DNA of 64,000 nucleotides from Strigamia acuminata (Eukaryota): NCBI GenBank assembly GCA_949358305.1, contig OX442314.1, positions 30,008,001 to 30,072,000 of the forward strand, read 5' to 3'. Shown piece by piece: positions 1 to 13,500 of this stretch (position 1 is its first letter; each line of letters starts with the position of its first letter). The notes under the pieces were generated by a model. It saw only the letters and a program-made list of their open reading frames with translations, ran no database searches and was not told where the DNA came from. The position numbers and the translations under genes were made by a program.

Positions 1-59
1 GGACCACAGAGCTTGTCCGGTCGGGAGGTGTCCAGACTACACAGCTTACACTGTATAAA

Positions 60-540
60 TTTTTATTCAAAAATAAAGAATTTTGATTCAATAATATAAA
101 TTTTTTGTTCAAAAATAAAGAATTTTGATTGAATAATATCAATTTTTTGTTCAAAAATAAAGAATTTTGTTCAAAAATAAAGAATTTTGTTCAAAAATAC
201 CAAATTTTTTGTTCAAAAATACCAATTTTTTGGTTCAAAAATACCAATTTTTTGGTTCAAAAATACCAATTTTTTGGTTCAAAAATATCATTTTTTTTGT
301 TCAAAAATATCAATTTTTTTGTTCAAAAATATCAATTTTTTTGTTCAAAAATAAAGAATTTTGATTCAATAATATCAATTTTTTGTTCAAAAATAAAGAA
401 TTTTGTTCAAAAATACCAAATTTTTTGTTCAAAAATACCAATTTTTTGGTTCAAAAATACCAATTTTTTTGTTCAAAAATACCAATTTTTTTGTTCAAAA
501 ATACCAATTTTGTTTGTTCAAAAATATCATTTTTTTGTAC
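60..540. repeat. 21-22 bp AT-rich minisatellite (TTTTTTGTTCAAAAATACCAA-like)
   Basis: Tandem degenerate units are directly visible. It explains the low-complexity ORFs at 129-677 and is related to the array at 27561-28391. Confidence 0.9.
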
Positions 541-913
541 AAAATTTATTTTTTCCCAAAAAAAAATTCCCATTGGTGTTTAGCCGGAGTGTAACACTGT
601 TTTCACCTACCCAAACCCATGGTGGGGTCACCAAAAAATCATTTAATATAATATATATAATATATATAATAACATAAAAATATTAGAAATAATTTTCTAA
701 ATTTAGATGAATATACATATAAATGCATTTATCACACAGCTGTTATTTTTCTAACTACCATAATTAATTTTATCACTTTGACTACGTCATTTCAAATTAG
801 CTCGATTGAACGCTTTTTTTATGTCTCAAAAACTCAATAAGTCAATTAACTCTAAGACCACAAACTGTTTACTTTTTCATAATTTTTTATGATTTCATTA
901 AACAAAAATTTTG

Positions 914-921
914 TATAAATA
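914..921 (+). promoter_or_regulatory. TATA box of secreted gene A1
   Basis: TATAAATA about 80 nt upstream of the ATG. The same motif lies upstream of B1, B2, A2 and B3, and is mutated to TACAAAT upstream of B4. Confidence 0.65.
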
Positions 922-992
922 TCGAAGCCGTCTACATCAAATACATTGCAAGCCACTTCGCGCGCTAAACCAACATTCAACATTCATCCAAA

Positions 993-1901
993 ATGAAAAT
1001 ATTCTTCCTAATCCTAACTTTGACATTTTGTCAAATAACTTCTGCTGCTGAAACGGTAAGAAAAAGCTTCTGCCCCCAAATCTAGGTTAGACTTCACCGC
1101 ACACCATCCCCAAGCCATTCCCTCAAACTTTATTAAATTTCTTTTCTGTTTTTCTACATTTTTGAAATAATTTATTCTACTAATTGCCACCCTTTCTTTC
1201 TCAACAGTGTGACTCAGCGTTGAAGGGATCACAACAAGCGTGCACTTATTTGACCGGTAAAATCAAGGATTTACCGGTAAGTTAAATTATATCAAAGAAA
1301 TGTTTGAACAAAATTCAACTAACCAAAATTAAATTTCTATAGTTAGCCAATGCGCTATGTGGCTGTGCTGCTGGCGTCATAGAACAAAAAGTAATTACAC
1401 AATCACATTAATTGATTCACTTGATACTTGACAAAAGTTGTCATTCTTAATTAATTTTAGGGAGAATATTGTAATCGAAAAGGGAATTTTGCAGCTGTAC
1501 CTGCCTGTGGCACTTTTATTAATTCTGAACCGGTAAGTGTAACTTTTTTAAATCTTTTTTTAGAAAAAGAAAACTAAAAACTTGTATTTACAGTCGGCAT
1601 ACGACGCCCTAATTGAAAGCAAATTTTCCCACAAGCTTATTGAAGTGATCTTAAGGGTGTTTGTAGGTGTGTGCACAAATTCCGACGAGGAAATTCAGAA
1701 AAGTTTCAATAACGTTTTCACAAACCCAGCTTGGTACGGAGTTATTGGTAAATCATTCATGTTTAATTTTCAAAATTCATATTTATGTCATGTACTTATT
1801 TGTCTTTAGAAATGGTGATCCAGCTCGTGTACCCTGAGCAAGGTGTTGCATTCAACAAGTGTTACGGCCAAATTCGGGGACTTGTTAGTCCTCCGAAATA
1901 A
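993..1901 (+). CDS. Secreted 8-Cys protein, subtype A copy 1 (165 aa, six exons, intact)
   Basis: Exons 993-1055, 1208-1276, 1343-1390, 1461-1532, 1594-1747, 1810-1901, all GT-AG and in frame. Signal-peptide-like MKIFFLILTLTFCQITSAAET, then CDSALKGSQQACTYLTG...LCGCAAG...AFNKCYGQIRGLVSPPK*. Exon structure is conserved in six paralogs. Confidence 0.88.
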
Positions 1902-2422
1902 AAAATGTAATTTCAAATTAGAGAGATTTAAATTTGTGGAAATAAAGTAGAAACAATAAACATTTTTTGATTCATTTATTTATCCAACCAAAACCTACGC
2001 AAATTGTACACCCATCGCCCACGTCAAGTGCACCTGAGTGGGTTTTATTTTTTTTCTGATAGAGCTTAATAAAAAATTATTTTTCATATTAAGAAAAAAT
2101 AAAATATGGGCCTTTATCATTGTTTAATAACAATCGCAACATCGGGTGTTGACAAGGCAAAAAATCATGGGAGTATGACGTTGTCAGTTCTCGAGTTTAG
2201 TTGACCTGGAACTAGTTCCGAGCTTAGATTAGGTTAGGTTAGGTCTAAAAACTTGCAAGGCGCTGTACAAAAATGAGTGTGAAGGGGGCGTTGATCGCTT
2301 ATAGATGTCTGGCAATCGGTAATGGGCGGCTCTCCGAACCTGGAACATTTCCAGACAGGCCTTGCCGGAATTCTTTAGGCGGGTCTACCCTGAAAACGGA
2401 TTCAACGTGTGGAACATCCGCT

Positions 2423-2611
2423 CAGGGGCGGCTCTAGCTTTTCAGGGGCCCTGGGCATGAGGTTTTTTCAGGGCCCCTTTATTACAATTTTTAATAGCAA
2501 CCTTTTTTTTTATTTTTATATTTTATTTTTTATTACATTGCCTTGCGTCTTGGAGGCCCCCTAAAATTTGGGGGCCCTGGGCTCAAGCCCCATTAGCTAG
2601 ATCTGCCCTTG
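2423..2611. mobile_element. Short MITE with CAGGGGCGG(A/C)TCTAG termini
   Basis: Imperfect terminal inverted repeats. A better-preserved copy is at 36378-36565. No clear TSD. Confidence 0.55.
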
Positions 2612-2644
2612 TCGATTAGCCAATTTAAGATTGTAATATTTAAC

Positions 2645-2821
2645 ACAATCCAAATATTGTTCGACCGTACGAAACATACGAACAGGCATACGACGTTCAT
2701 TCAGGACGAAATAAAACTTGGAAATATCAAGCTGATTCATCTCCCGACAACGGAAATGATCGCAGACTTCTTGACCAAGGCGGTGGCCGAAGATAAATTT
2801 GCGGAGGGTCGAAAAGCGTAA
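2645..2821 (+). pseudogene. Ty1/Copia RNase H C-terminal relic
   Basis: RTKHTNRHTTFIQDEIKLGNIKLIHLPTTEMIADFLTK resembles the Copia 'KHI..R.HF.R.......I......T..M.AD.LTK' motif. It is part of the duplicated unit. Confidence 0.75.
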
Positions 2822-3190
2822 GCCATAGTTTATTCATTTATTCATTTATTCGTTTTGATTGAATGTTAATATACGTTTTACAAATTAAAACTAACGATGA
2901 TTCATATGGAGGTTTGTTGGGCTTTTATATCAACGTAAGTTTTACAGATGTATGATGTAACAGCACAATGCTTGCGTGTATTGTTACGGTTACCCTTACA
3001 GTAAAAAACACTTGTCATTTTTTCCCATATTCAACCCGTGTTTTTTCACTCAATCCAAGCATCTGGAATCCAACAACTTTCACATAAATTTTTATGACTT
3101 CGTTAAACACAAATTTTGTATAAATATCAAAGCCGTCTGAATGAAATACATTGCAAGCCACTTCGCGCGCTCTACCGACATTCATCCAAA

Positions 3191-4099
3191 ATGAAAATAT
3201 TCTTCCTAATCCTAACTTTGACATTTTGTCAAATAACTGCTGCTGCTGAAACGGCAAGAAAAAGTTACTGCCCCCCAAATTAAGTTAGCCTTCACTGCAG
3301 AGCATTCCCATTTACTGTTTTTCTATATTTTTCTCTTTAATTTATTTTACTAATTTCCATGTCCTTTGTCAACAGTGTGATGTAACGGCGCGTGCAACAA
3401 ACGCCCTGTGCAATTATTTCCACTTGAAACTACATCCAGTTGAATATACAGTAAGTTCGTTTTAAAGAAATATTTGAACAAAATACAACTAACGAAAAAA
3501 TAATAATTTCTAATAGTTTACCTATAAATTATGTCAGTGTATTCATGGCATCTTTAATCAATCGGTAATTACACAATCGCATTGAATGATTGATTCACTT
3601 CCGCTACTTGCCAAAAGTTGTCATTCTTAATTGTTTTAGATAAAGCCATGCGACAGAGTCCAATATAACTTTACGGTTTTACCTCATTGCAACACTTTTA
3701 TTAAATCCGTACGTGTCGCTATTTCTCCCCTTCATTTTTAGAATTAAAATAAATCATTTATATAATTTTTAATTACAGGAAAACTACGTCAAATTTGCTG
3801 AAAACAAAATAATTCCCACTGCGATTAATCTGCTCTTTAGGGATGCAATTGGCGTTTGCTCAAAATCCGACTACTTCGCACCGGTAACCGATTATGAACG
3901 TTTAGACGACTTTTTTTTAGCTGAAGCTCCTGCATTGTTCATCCGTAAATTATTTAGTTTGATCATTTTTTTTAAATTCATATTTATGTGAAGTCCTTAT
4001 TTGAGTTTAGAAGCGTTAGTAACATCACTATTCCCTCGAAAAGAAGCTGTTGCATTCAACATGTGTTACAGGCAACTTCGGCAGAATATTCAAGATTAA
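3191..4099 (+). CDS. Secreted 8-Cys protein, subtype B copy 1 (169 aa, six exons; intron 1 has a GC donor)
   Basis: Exons 3191-3253, 3376-3450, 3517-3564, 3640-3708, 3779-3944, 4011-4099. Sequence runs CDVTARATNALCNYFHLK...LCQCIHG...AFNMCYRQLRQNIQD*, with the same Cys order and intron phases as A1. Confidence 0.82.
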
Positions 4100-4205
4100 C
4101 ACAATAAACATTTCGAAAACATGTTTATGTTTCAATCAATAAAATTTAATTTATGCGAAAATAAACAATATCTAGAGAATCAATCGTTTGAGTCAATAAT
4201 CTAGT

Positions 4206-4206
<1 letters not shown>

Positions 4207-4256
<50 letters not shown>
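4207..4256. repeat. Poly(A) tract, about 50 nt
   Basis: Homopolymer run. Paralogous positions have only about 8-9 A. Confidence 0.9.
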
Positions 4257-4259
<3 letters not shown>

Positions 4260-4740
4260 AAAATCGAAGAAATACAATAGGGTATATTCACCTAGCGTCA
4301 TATGACGCGTCCTTGGTGTACAAGAATAATGGCGGATGTTTATCACGTGACCATGACCGTGCAGTGCAGCGATTGCTAACAACCCTTAAAGCGCCAAGTT
4401 CAAATGAATAAAGATTTGTTTTTAGTTTTTAATAAAAATGTATTTATTTTTTCTATAAGTATGTTTTATAGTTATGTCCGAACGACCTTTGTTAAGTTGG
4501 CTCCCCAAGTATAAGTCAATCAAAAAAAATTATTGGACTTTATGCAGAATTCAATGGACATCATTGGACATCTCTTTATTTTGATTGGACTCGCTTCCTT
4601 CTTATCACTTTTTCGACTTTTAACATGGGGGACCAAAAGATTGCCCCACCCAACTTTAATACTTTGCCATCATTGAATTAGATGCATTGTTACCACTTTC
4701 AGAAATATTTATTAGGGAACCAGACTTTTGGTTCACCCTG

Positions 4741-5937
4741 TATATTGCCATTTTTTAAGGTACGAAGACGATACGTATCATCTGTTTTAATATGTTTTGT
4801 CTGTTTTGATGTTTTATTTTGTGACTGGTATGGTCTTCGCCAGAGTAATCAGGGGACTGATACACTGGTGTGGGACGCATACTTCACGTAAAAACATGAC
4901 AAGAACTCCCTATTATTGGTGGTTGGCCTTTAATACTGTTGTCTAGGGGTATGGGGAATCCCGTCACCCGTTGAGGGGATGCCACGAAGGCACACCGCAC
5001 CGGCAACCGACCGGGTCCAAGGGGTCGGTTCAACGTAGCATTCATGTCGTACTCACCTACGACCCACGCGACCACTCATGGAGGGTGCACTATGGAGACT
5101 GTCATAGTACTGAGCTTCTTCGTGGTGAATGGCGAGGAATGCAGAGTTCACCGCCCGGGACAAGTCTTGTCCCTTCGATGGTTACAGCTCCTCAGCTCTC
5201 TCCCGGTCAGAGAGGTCCTCTCGTCTCCCTAACAGACTGACCCTCTCGTCTCCCTAACAGACTGACCCTCACTCCTCTCCTCACCACATCACTCGGCTCC
5301 CCTTCTCCCCCAGGCTAGATCAGTTCACCCAATGAGGGGAAGACCTTTGGGGCCGTATGGTGGTGTGTGGCAGTGCCGCAGGTCACCTGGGTGGCCAAGC
5401 GGTCACAGTTTACGTATCAGTACTGTTTCTGTATTTAAATAGCACATGCACATTCATTTTAGTGTAATTCGTTTGAAACAATGCCAAAAGTTGTCAATTC
5501 GAAATCGACACGGGAACAATTAAAAATGTAATTAAAGATGTTAAAGTTGATTAGTGCTACACTGCGCGATCCGAGAAAATGAGTCCATACTACAGAATTA
5601 CACTAAGCTTACTTCTAAAATTGCAAAATTTACATATGCCACTATCACCAGTTGCAAAGTTGAACGATTTTTTTCGCAATTTAAGTCTGTGCTTACTGAC
5701 AAACAACACGGTTTTACCATACAGCACTTAGACATGGTACTAATTTGTTTTGCAATAAATGATTTAACTGAAATAAATTTTTTTATTTTGCATATTGGAA
5801 TTTTTGGTACATATTATATGCGCATATACTGTAACAAAATTTATTTTGCTTACATATCCGGGGTCTAGGATACGTAAACAAAACATATCAAAACAGACAT
5901 TACGTATCATGTTCGTACCTTAAAAAATGGCAATATA
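4741..5937. mobile_element. Non-autonomous TIR DNA transposon with captured fragments
   Basis: TATATTGCCATTTTTTAAGGTACGAA at 4741 and its reverse complement ending at 5937, with further imperfect inverted similarity inside. Confidence 0.65.
5620..5760 (+). pseudogene. DNA transposase C-terminal relic (hAT-dimerisation-like)
   Basis: ATITSCKVERFFSQFKSVLTDKQHGF resembles the 'S..ER.FS' motif. Confidence 0.55.
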
Positions 5938-6067
5938 TGCATTTATTTTCCGATTTTCAGAAAATATGCAATTTAAGCCAATTGCGGCTATACAATGCAA
6001 TATAAATATGAAGTATGCATTTATGCATTTATCCGGGGTCTACTGATGAGAGTTGGTGTTCAGTATA

Positions 6068-6605
6068 AGGGTGCAGTCGGATAGGATGCAATCGGACTCA
6101 AGCCGAGTTCGGATTGAATTGAGTCGGATTCGGGTGGTCCCAAATCAATCCGATTTTTTTGGGGGAAAAAAACAGAAACCGATCCTTATAATTCAAAATT
6201 TTTTTGTTGTAAATGAAATAAATCTTTTTTTGAGTTTTTGGTGTTTATGCCAAACTGAAAGATTTAAATGCAATTTATTTTAAAATCATATGGTTTTTTT
6301 TTTCTCACTTTTTTCGACTTTTTTTGGTCAGTTTTGCACTTGATTCAATTTTTTTGGTCATTTCTGCACTTAATTCATCAGTTTTGGTCATTTTTACACA
6401 TAATTTATCAGTTTGAGGCGTTTGGACGTTTTGGACTCAATCCTATCTGCAATCCGCACTCGGTTTGAATTGAATGAGGATAGGAATGGGTGGGCCGTCA
6501 TTTTTTTTTTCGGATAGGATTGGATAATTGGTTTATCCATCCGAAAATTTTTGGATTGGACCGGATTTTTAAAAAATCCAATTCAAACCGATTCAAACGC
6601 ACCCT
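6068..6605. mobile_element. Probable MITE
   Basis: AGGGTGC...GCACCCT termini flanked by TA, with degenerate subterminal ATCGG/CCGAT repeats. Confidence 0.4.
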
Positions 6606-6639
6606 TAGTTTCACGCAAGTCGCGAAATCGTACACCAGA

Positions 6640-6755
6640 TTGATCGTAAAAATCGGGCTTGCCACGATCAGTTGGAAAACTAAGAAACAGCATCTGGTCG
6701 CGATGTCATCAACGGAAAGTGAGATTTTAGCTATATGTGAGCTACTCAAGACAAT
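6640..6755 (+). pseudogene. Copia RNase H relic, 5' part (continues at 23231-23510)
   Basis: ISWKTKKQHLVAMSSTESEILAICELLKT matches Copia 'SW.SK.Q..VA.SS.EAE'. It joins in frame to IKWARDFL... once the nested insertions are removed. Confidence 0.75.
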
Positions 6756-7549
6756 AGGGGGTTTCATTAATTAAGCAATTTTGTAATTTTGCAACTTTAG
6801 CAATTTTGCACTTTTGGATTTGTCACATGATATCAGTTCCACCAATCATGTGCATAATTGCAAAAACAGAAAACAGAAAAAATACACAATCACAAAATCA
6901 AAGGTAGTTTTGCTATTTTGGCAAAATGACAGCAGCCAAACTCAATCCAAGTGGCCATCACAAATTGTGATTAACAATTAGTTGCAAAAACAATCTCATG
7001 ACTTTGCAATTTTGCAATTATTTAAAGTCACATGACTTCCTATCCACCATATTGGGTTTTAGTTATATCCAACCAATTTTAAAATGTGATGCAAAATAAC
7101 TAGTTCTATTTGTGTGATGGATTTTTTTTAATGAGGTGCACCAGAGCCATTAATTGAGTTTCCTAGCTGTTATACAGTCATGGATGCATCAGCATATTGA
7201 TGATTGTGGAAACTGGCGGTTTCCAAAGTGAAATAATTTAGTTGAGTGTTTTGACCACCGTGGCACAAGTGAAAACTTACTTGTGACCCGGATTAAATGT
7301 ATTCTTGGAATTGGGGATTATCTTAATCCCTTTGCTTTATATACTCAAAATTGAATAAAATTATCACTGTCTTTTCAAATGTAAACCTGTCTACATCATT
7401 TCTCGAGTACGCAACAATCAACCTGAATCCGACTCCATCCGTCGTTTTAAACCGTTTTAAGTTAAATCATTTTATACAAGTTGCGTGTGCAACGTTATAT
7501 GGTGCCGAAACCCGGGATTTATTCTTAAAAAACGAACCAGAACGCGAAA

Positions 7550-10500
7550 ATGGACGATTTGGCAAGAAGTCGTGCACAAAGGAAAACACAGAGAAAAAGC
7601 GTGCGTGCGCTTTTTGCGAGATTGACGAAAGAAATGGCCGAGGATCCCCTCAACGAGGTACGATTATTATGCATACAAGCCCAACTAATCACAAAACGTT
7701 TGAAAATCGATAAACTGGACACAATAATCGCCGACGGGATCACCGACGTGAACGAGGTGGACCAAGACGAATTCGAAGCGGAAGAACTACAAGACGAGAT
7801 GACCGCCGCCCGAATCACACTCGAAGTCGCCTTGAAAGAACTCGCGCAAATGAAACAAACACCACCACAGCAAATACCACCGCAAGTACCACTCGCAAAT
7901 ATACCACTAGCTAACCCTCTTTTCGTTCCACCTGTGCAAAACCCTAACCCAATCCAACCACAATGTGCAGTGATGAAACTGCCGAAGTTAGAAGTCGCCA
8001 AGTTTAAAGGCACGCCGGAAACCTGGACGAGATTCTGGTCCGATTTCGAATTGAGCGTGCACAATAATACGGCGTTGCCCAAAACCGCCAAGTTTGTATA
8101 TTTGCGGTCACTCGTCGAAGGACTTGCAGCGAATGCGATCAGCGGACTGACCGTAACGGAACTTAACTACGACACCGCCATTACCCTGCTCACCAATCGA
8201 TTTGGTCGCAAGGAACAAATTGTCGGTGCGCACATGGCCAAGCTGCTCGAAATGCCATCCGTGAAACGAGTAGAAGATGTGGCGGCCCTACGGAGACTCT
8301 ATGATTTCTGCGACCTGCATATTAAAAGCCTCGAAAACCTCGGAGTACCGGCGGAAACCTTTGGCCCATTGTTATGCCCAATACTCGCGCGTGCTGTGCC
8401 AACCAGCATACAACATGATTTTGCACGTCCACGAGGAGATGCACCTTGGGTTGTTAAAGAATTTTTGGACTTTTTTAGATTCGAAGTAGCGATGCGCGAA
8501 CGTACGGAAGCCGCCGATAAAACCAGTAAACCACAGCAAGAATCGACGGAAGTCCCGAATACCAAAAAAGAAGAGGTGAAGAAAACCAATTACAAATCTA
8601 ATAATCACAGTTCCGCTTCAGCCCTTTCCAACATCGTTTACAAATGCACATTTTGCGAAAAGGAAGACCACAAGAGTCCGGACTGTCCATTGACGGTCGA
8701 GAAGCGGAAAGAAGCATGTTTCAAAGCACGTCGCTGCTACAGATGTCTAAAAGAAAATCACCAAGCTCGTCAATGTAATACCCGATTTAAATGTAGGAAA
8801 TGCGAGCAGAAACATCACACGTACTTGTGCGATAAGGAAGACAACAAGAAGACGGAAACAACTTTGACTTCGGCCGTTCAAGAATCAACAAATACGGAAA
8901 CCGTGATGTTCCTGCAGGTCGTCGTGTTGGAAGCCAACGGAAACAACGAGAAGAGAAGAGTCCAATGCTTCTTGGATGGGGGATCCCAAAGAAGCTTTAT
9001 AACTGAAAAACTGTCGAGAGAACTGCAACTAGAGAAGATTGGTGAGCAGTCAATCGCCCTCTTGACTTTCGGATCTACTGAACCAACAATTGCCAAACGG
9101 AAACAGGTGAAGTTAAGTTTGAATAACTGTGAAAATAGAAATTGCAATTTAGAAATCAAAGCGCTTGAGTCGCCCTGGATAACTCCGACATTACGAGGAA
9201 AACCTGACGAACGAGTATTGGAAAAACTGAAGAAATACAACATCAAACTGGCTTACGACAACAGCGTTCACAGGGACGACGGCGTTTCCATCTTAATTGG
9301 CGTCGACAACTTTTGGAGAGTTACAACGGGAAAGCAGCAACGCATCGACGAAAATCTCATGGCAATCGAAACCATATTTGGATGGACGTTGCACGGCTCA
9401 ACCGGAGAGACTGAAACAACCGTGTCGTCTTTAGTACGGGTAAACAAGATTTTAGTTGCCGATAATACAGATGAACTTTTAGAAAAATTCTGGAACTTGG
9501 AATCGATTGGGATTCGCCACGAGACTATGGAACCGGGAATCGATGAAGTGGACACGTTGAAACGATTCAAAGAGCAGATCGAGTGGGTAGATGACCATTA
9601 CGAAGTGGGATTCCCGTGGAAGATTGACCGCAAGGAATTGAACGACAATCGAGATGTTGCAAAAAAGCGTTTGTGGAGTTTAATTAACCGTTTTCGGAAA
9701 AATCCCAAGTTATATTTAGACTATAAAAAAGTGATCGACGAACAACTCGCCTCCGGAATCTTGGAAAAAGTTCCGAAGAACTCGAAACCAGACAACCCGT
9801 ATTATATCCCTCATCGACCAGTAATTGACGAAACTCGAGCCACAACAAAACTAAGAATTGTGTATGACGCGTCGTCACACGCAAAAGGATGTTTATCGCT
9901 AAACGACTGTCTGAGTAAGGGTCCGAATATGTTACCTCATCTAATAAACATTGTTTTGAAGTTCCGAACCGGCAAATACGGCGCAATCGGCGACATCGAG
10001 AAAGCCTTCCATCGAATACATCTCAAGACGGACGAACGAGACGTCACACGACTTTATTGGATTGAGGACGGGTGGAACGGTGAAGAGTCGGTAAAACTAA
10101 TTGAATTGCGCCAAACTCGAGTTCCATTTGGGACAGGACCCAGTCCATTTTTACTAAATGCAACAGTAAAAGAACACGTCGACAAGTTTGAAGACCAATA
10201 CCCGGACACATGCGACAAGCTGAAAGAAGACTTGTATGTAGACGATTTTGTAACAAGTATTGACAATTCGAACAAGTTAATTCAAATTTATGATGAGAGT
10301 CGTGAGATTTTGCAAGCCGCGAACATGAAATTAACCAAATGGAAGTCGAATGATGTGAAATTACAAGAGAAAATTATACGAGATGACCCAGATTGTGACG
10401 TGACAGTTTTTCAAAAGAAAACTAAGGTTTTGGGGGTAGTTTGGGATATTGAGTTAGATAAATTGGGATTAGACATTAGTGCATTGATTAACGAGATTAA

Positions 10501-13500
10501 CTTGACCAAATACACCAAGAGATTTATTGTAAGAATTACCGCCATGATTTTTGACCCGTTGGGAATGGCAAACCCTTTTGTGGTAACTGCAAAAATAATT
10601 TTCCAAGAACTATGGAAGTTAAATGTTGGGTGGGATGACGTCATTCCAGAATATGTGAAGATAAAGTGGGAAAATTGGTATGTTCAGATACCATACCTTG
10701 AAAATTTAAATTTAGAGCGCAAATTATTAAATTGGAAAGGAAATTATGGAAAAAGGATTCACATTTTCTGTGATGCCAGTCCGAGAGCGTATGGCGTAGT
10801 AGCCTACACTCGAGTTCTGGACGAAACAAATGCTGTTAATATTGATTTTATCATTTCCAAGTGTAGAGTGGCGCCTGTAAAAGAACTAACATTACCAAAG
10901 CTTGCTGCGATCCGGGTTATTATCGCACTTATTTCTAATAAATAAGCACGAAACCGCAGGTGAATGCTATAAAAGACTTACAATCGGCGGCCTTAAATTA
11001 TCTAGGGGTTAAGTTTAAGGAAAGAAATAAAAAGACAGTTTTTCGTATAAAAATCACAATAAATATGCTTTATTCGTTTAAATTACAATGACTAGTTAAA
11101 ATGTGCGACAAGTCGCGTAATAATGAGTATGAAACAAAGGAAGGGCTTGCAACGACTGTTGCAAGCTACAAAGCGTCAGAAATGGCGCTTAAACAACACA
11201 CAGTTGTTAGGCGAAGGCAAATTGTCTTCGTTCTGTAAACTCACGAACGATGGTCGAAGACGATGGTTCTCGTGGGCTCCTTCTACGACTCGTGCGACGG
11301 CTCGGCGGCGGTGGTTGACGGCTGTAGGCGTCCGGCTCTCGTACGATGGCGGTGGCTGTCGTTCGCGCGGCAGCGACGGCGATGGTTCACGATCGTCGGG
11401 AAACTTCTCGGTTACGATTGCTGGAATTAGCTTCGGCTAATTCAAGCAGGATAGCTGGCTTTGTAATTCGTTACAAAGCAAGCTGGTGAAACTTGACGGT
11501 TACACGGTCCACTGTCAATACGTATTGTCGGAGCAGATATCGCAGTGATGTTGTGGGTTGTGTATTTTTGTCAAGAGTCCCGATTTGAGCCAAGGCGCGA
11601 GCCCAGCACGCTTCAATATTGCGCAGAAAACCTGCGCACTTAGCTCAAATGGGTGCAACTAGTGGTTATTACACCATATTGCACCATAACGGCTAATAAC
11701 CGTCTTCACCCCGGACAACCTGGGGTGATATGTGCCTAGAGAGGATTTCTCCCCTCGGTCACATGATCTGACTTGGCGTGTGCCACAGTCAAATTAATTA
11801 GAAGACAATTAATTTTATCTTCTAAGTTGGTGAAATATATTGAGATCACCACACATCCCCCCATTTAAGACGAATCTTACATGGAGAGAAAATGAACAAA
11901 CCAATTTATGATTCGTCCATGTTCTGAGTTCGCTCAGGCGTCAACGGGCGCATCATGTCCGTGGCGTCGTCCCTCGGATTTGACCGCTCGTTAACCGTAC
12001 ACAGGTCGCGACCTGCGTTTGGTCCGGAGACCATTCCAGGGTTGACATGAAGCCAAACCTGGATGATTCTTGCCGAGTTCGCTCGGTTGAAAAATCCTAG
12101 CGCCGCAAACTCTATCGGATCCTCTGGCGCCAATCGTGCTCTCAGGAGTCGGTCGTGGAGCACTGATGGTGGGCTTAACACCCGAATGTGGTCTTCGAGC
12201 CACATAAACACCTGCCTCGACAACTTGTGATTGTTGCTAAGCAGTGTTCGCGTATCCGGCGTCAAATAGAAGTGCGGATACAGGCGCATCAGAGTCTTGT
12301 ATGCCGACTCTTTCTTCATCGCCTTGACCTTCGTCTCCGGCTTGGCTGGCGGCGGCGGCGGCGGTGGACGTGAGTCTTCCGTCGTGGCATCGTCGAAATG
12401 GCTCGGCGAGCCCAAGAAAACCAACGCGGGTGCGGAGGTTGACGAGGGTGTGACGCCTCGTCCCTGCGCTCGACCAACTCCGGTGAGCTTACGGGGTTCG
12501 ACTGCCCGTTGAACTCCGGCTGGAGTTTGAGAACTTCCGGCGTTCTCCGGCCAAAACGAACATCCAGCGCCTTCTTGGGCCGACTGGAAAACAGCTAGCG
12601 ACGCGGCTGCTGTGGCGCTCGTAACTGGAAGCGGTGTTCTTCCGGCCATTTGCGCCGTGGCCTTCGCAAAGGACCACTCGGTTCTTCGGTCTCGCCGTTT
12701 GCTACGACTTGCTTAATGAGCTCGGCTAAGATCGTAGGCGGGTCGAGCCGGAGGTGGTACCACAGCTCGACTTTCTTCTCCGACAGGCCCATCGGCGCGG
12801 TCCAAAGGTAAGTAATGGCCGCTAACGCCTGTCCTGGCGAAGGAAGAACACCAGGGTACAACACCCTAGTCATCCCCGGAATTAGCTGACGCTGAAAATC
12901 CGTCAGACGGGGATCATCAATGGTCTTGATGTCTGAGAGCTCCAGCCTTTCAGCCAATCTCTGCCAGTCCTTCTGCGACTCGGCGATCTGGGCGCTTTGG
13001 TATGCGTCCAGCTTCTGGAGCACTTCCTGCTGCGCTCTAATGGGTTGCTGCTCGTAGCAGGTCCATTGTGGTCCGAATGACTCACTAAAAAATGGCCGGA
13101 GTTGCAGGTTGCTAACTCCAGCCGGCAAGCGGGAAACATATCCATGTTCGGGCAAGCGGCTAGCGTGTCCAGGTACTGGCACGCTACAGTCGGGAGAAAT
13201 ATCACCGACAACACGTCTCATGGCGTATGGAGTAGCCGGGTTGTCCACTTTGAACGTGGAGGCGGTTCGGCTACTTCGTGCGGACTGGATTGTGGAGTCC
13301 GATTCAAAGCTTAGCGAAGACGACGAGCCAAACGTCTCTGGTGTCCGTCCTCGTCGCGACTGCGGGCGTGGTGGCGGTGCTTCAGTCGAATATGGGCGCG
13401 ATCGCCTCTGTCGCTCCTCTCGATCGCGGCTGGATTCTCGAAACATCGGGCGTGTTGCTTGATCCGGCGGAGGGAGTCTTCCCACCCTCAAATCCTCGTC

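Noticed and set aside
129..677. ORFs rich in F/K/N/Q
   Set aside because: Translations of the 21-22 bp minisatellite.
2225..2245. TTAGG repeats (also about 36225, 58245 and CCTAA at 24431) as telomere fusion sites
   Set aside because: Only 3-5 units, carried within the duplicated unit or a MITE.
4207..4256. Poly(A) as a retrocopy tail
   Set aside because: The upstream gene keeps its introns and paralogs have a short A run at the same site; slippage is simpler.
11123..11440. 105-aa ORF repeated at 19951-20268
   Set aside because: Antisense reading of the CpG-rich part of the Gypsy-1 LTR; repeated only because LTRs are, and not intact in the solo LTR.
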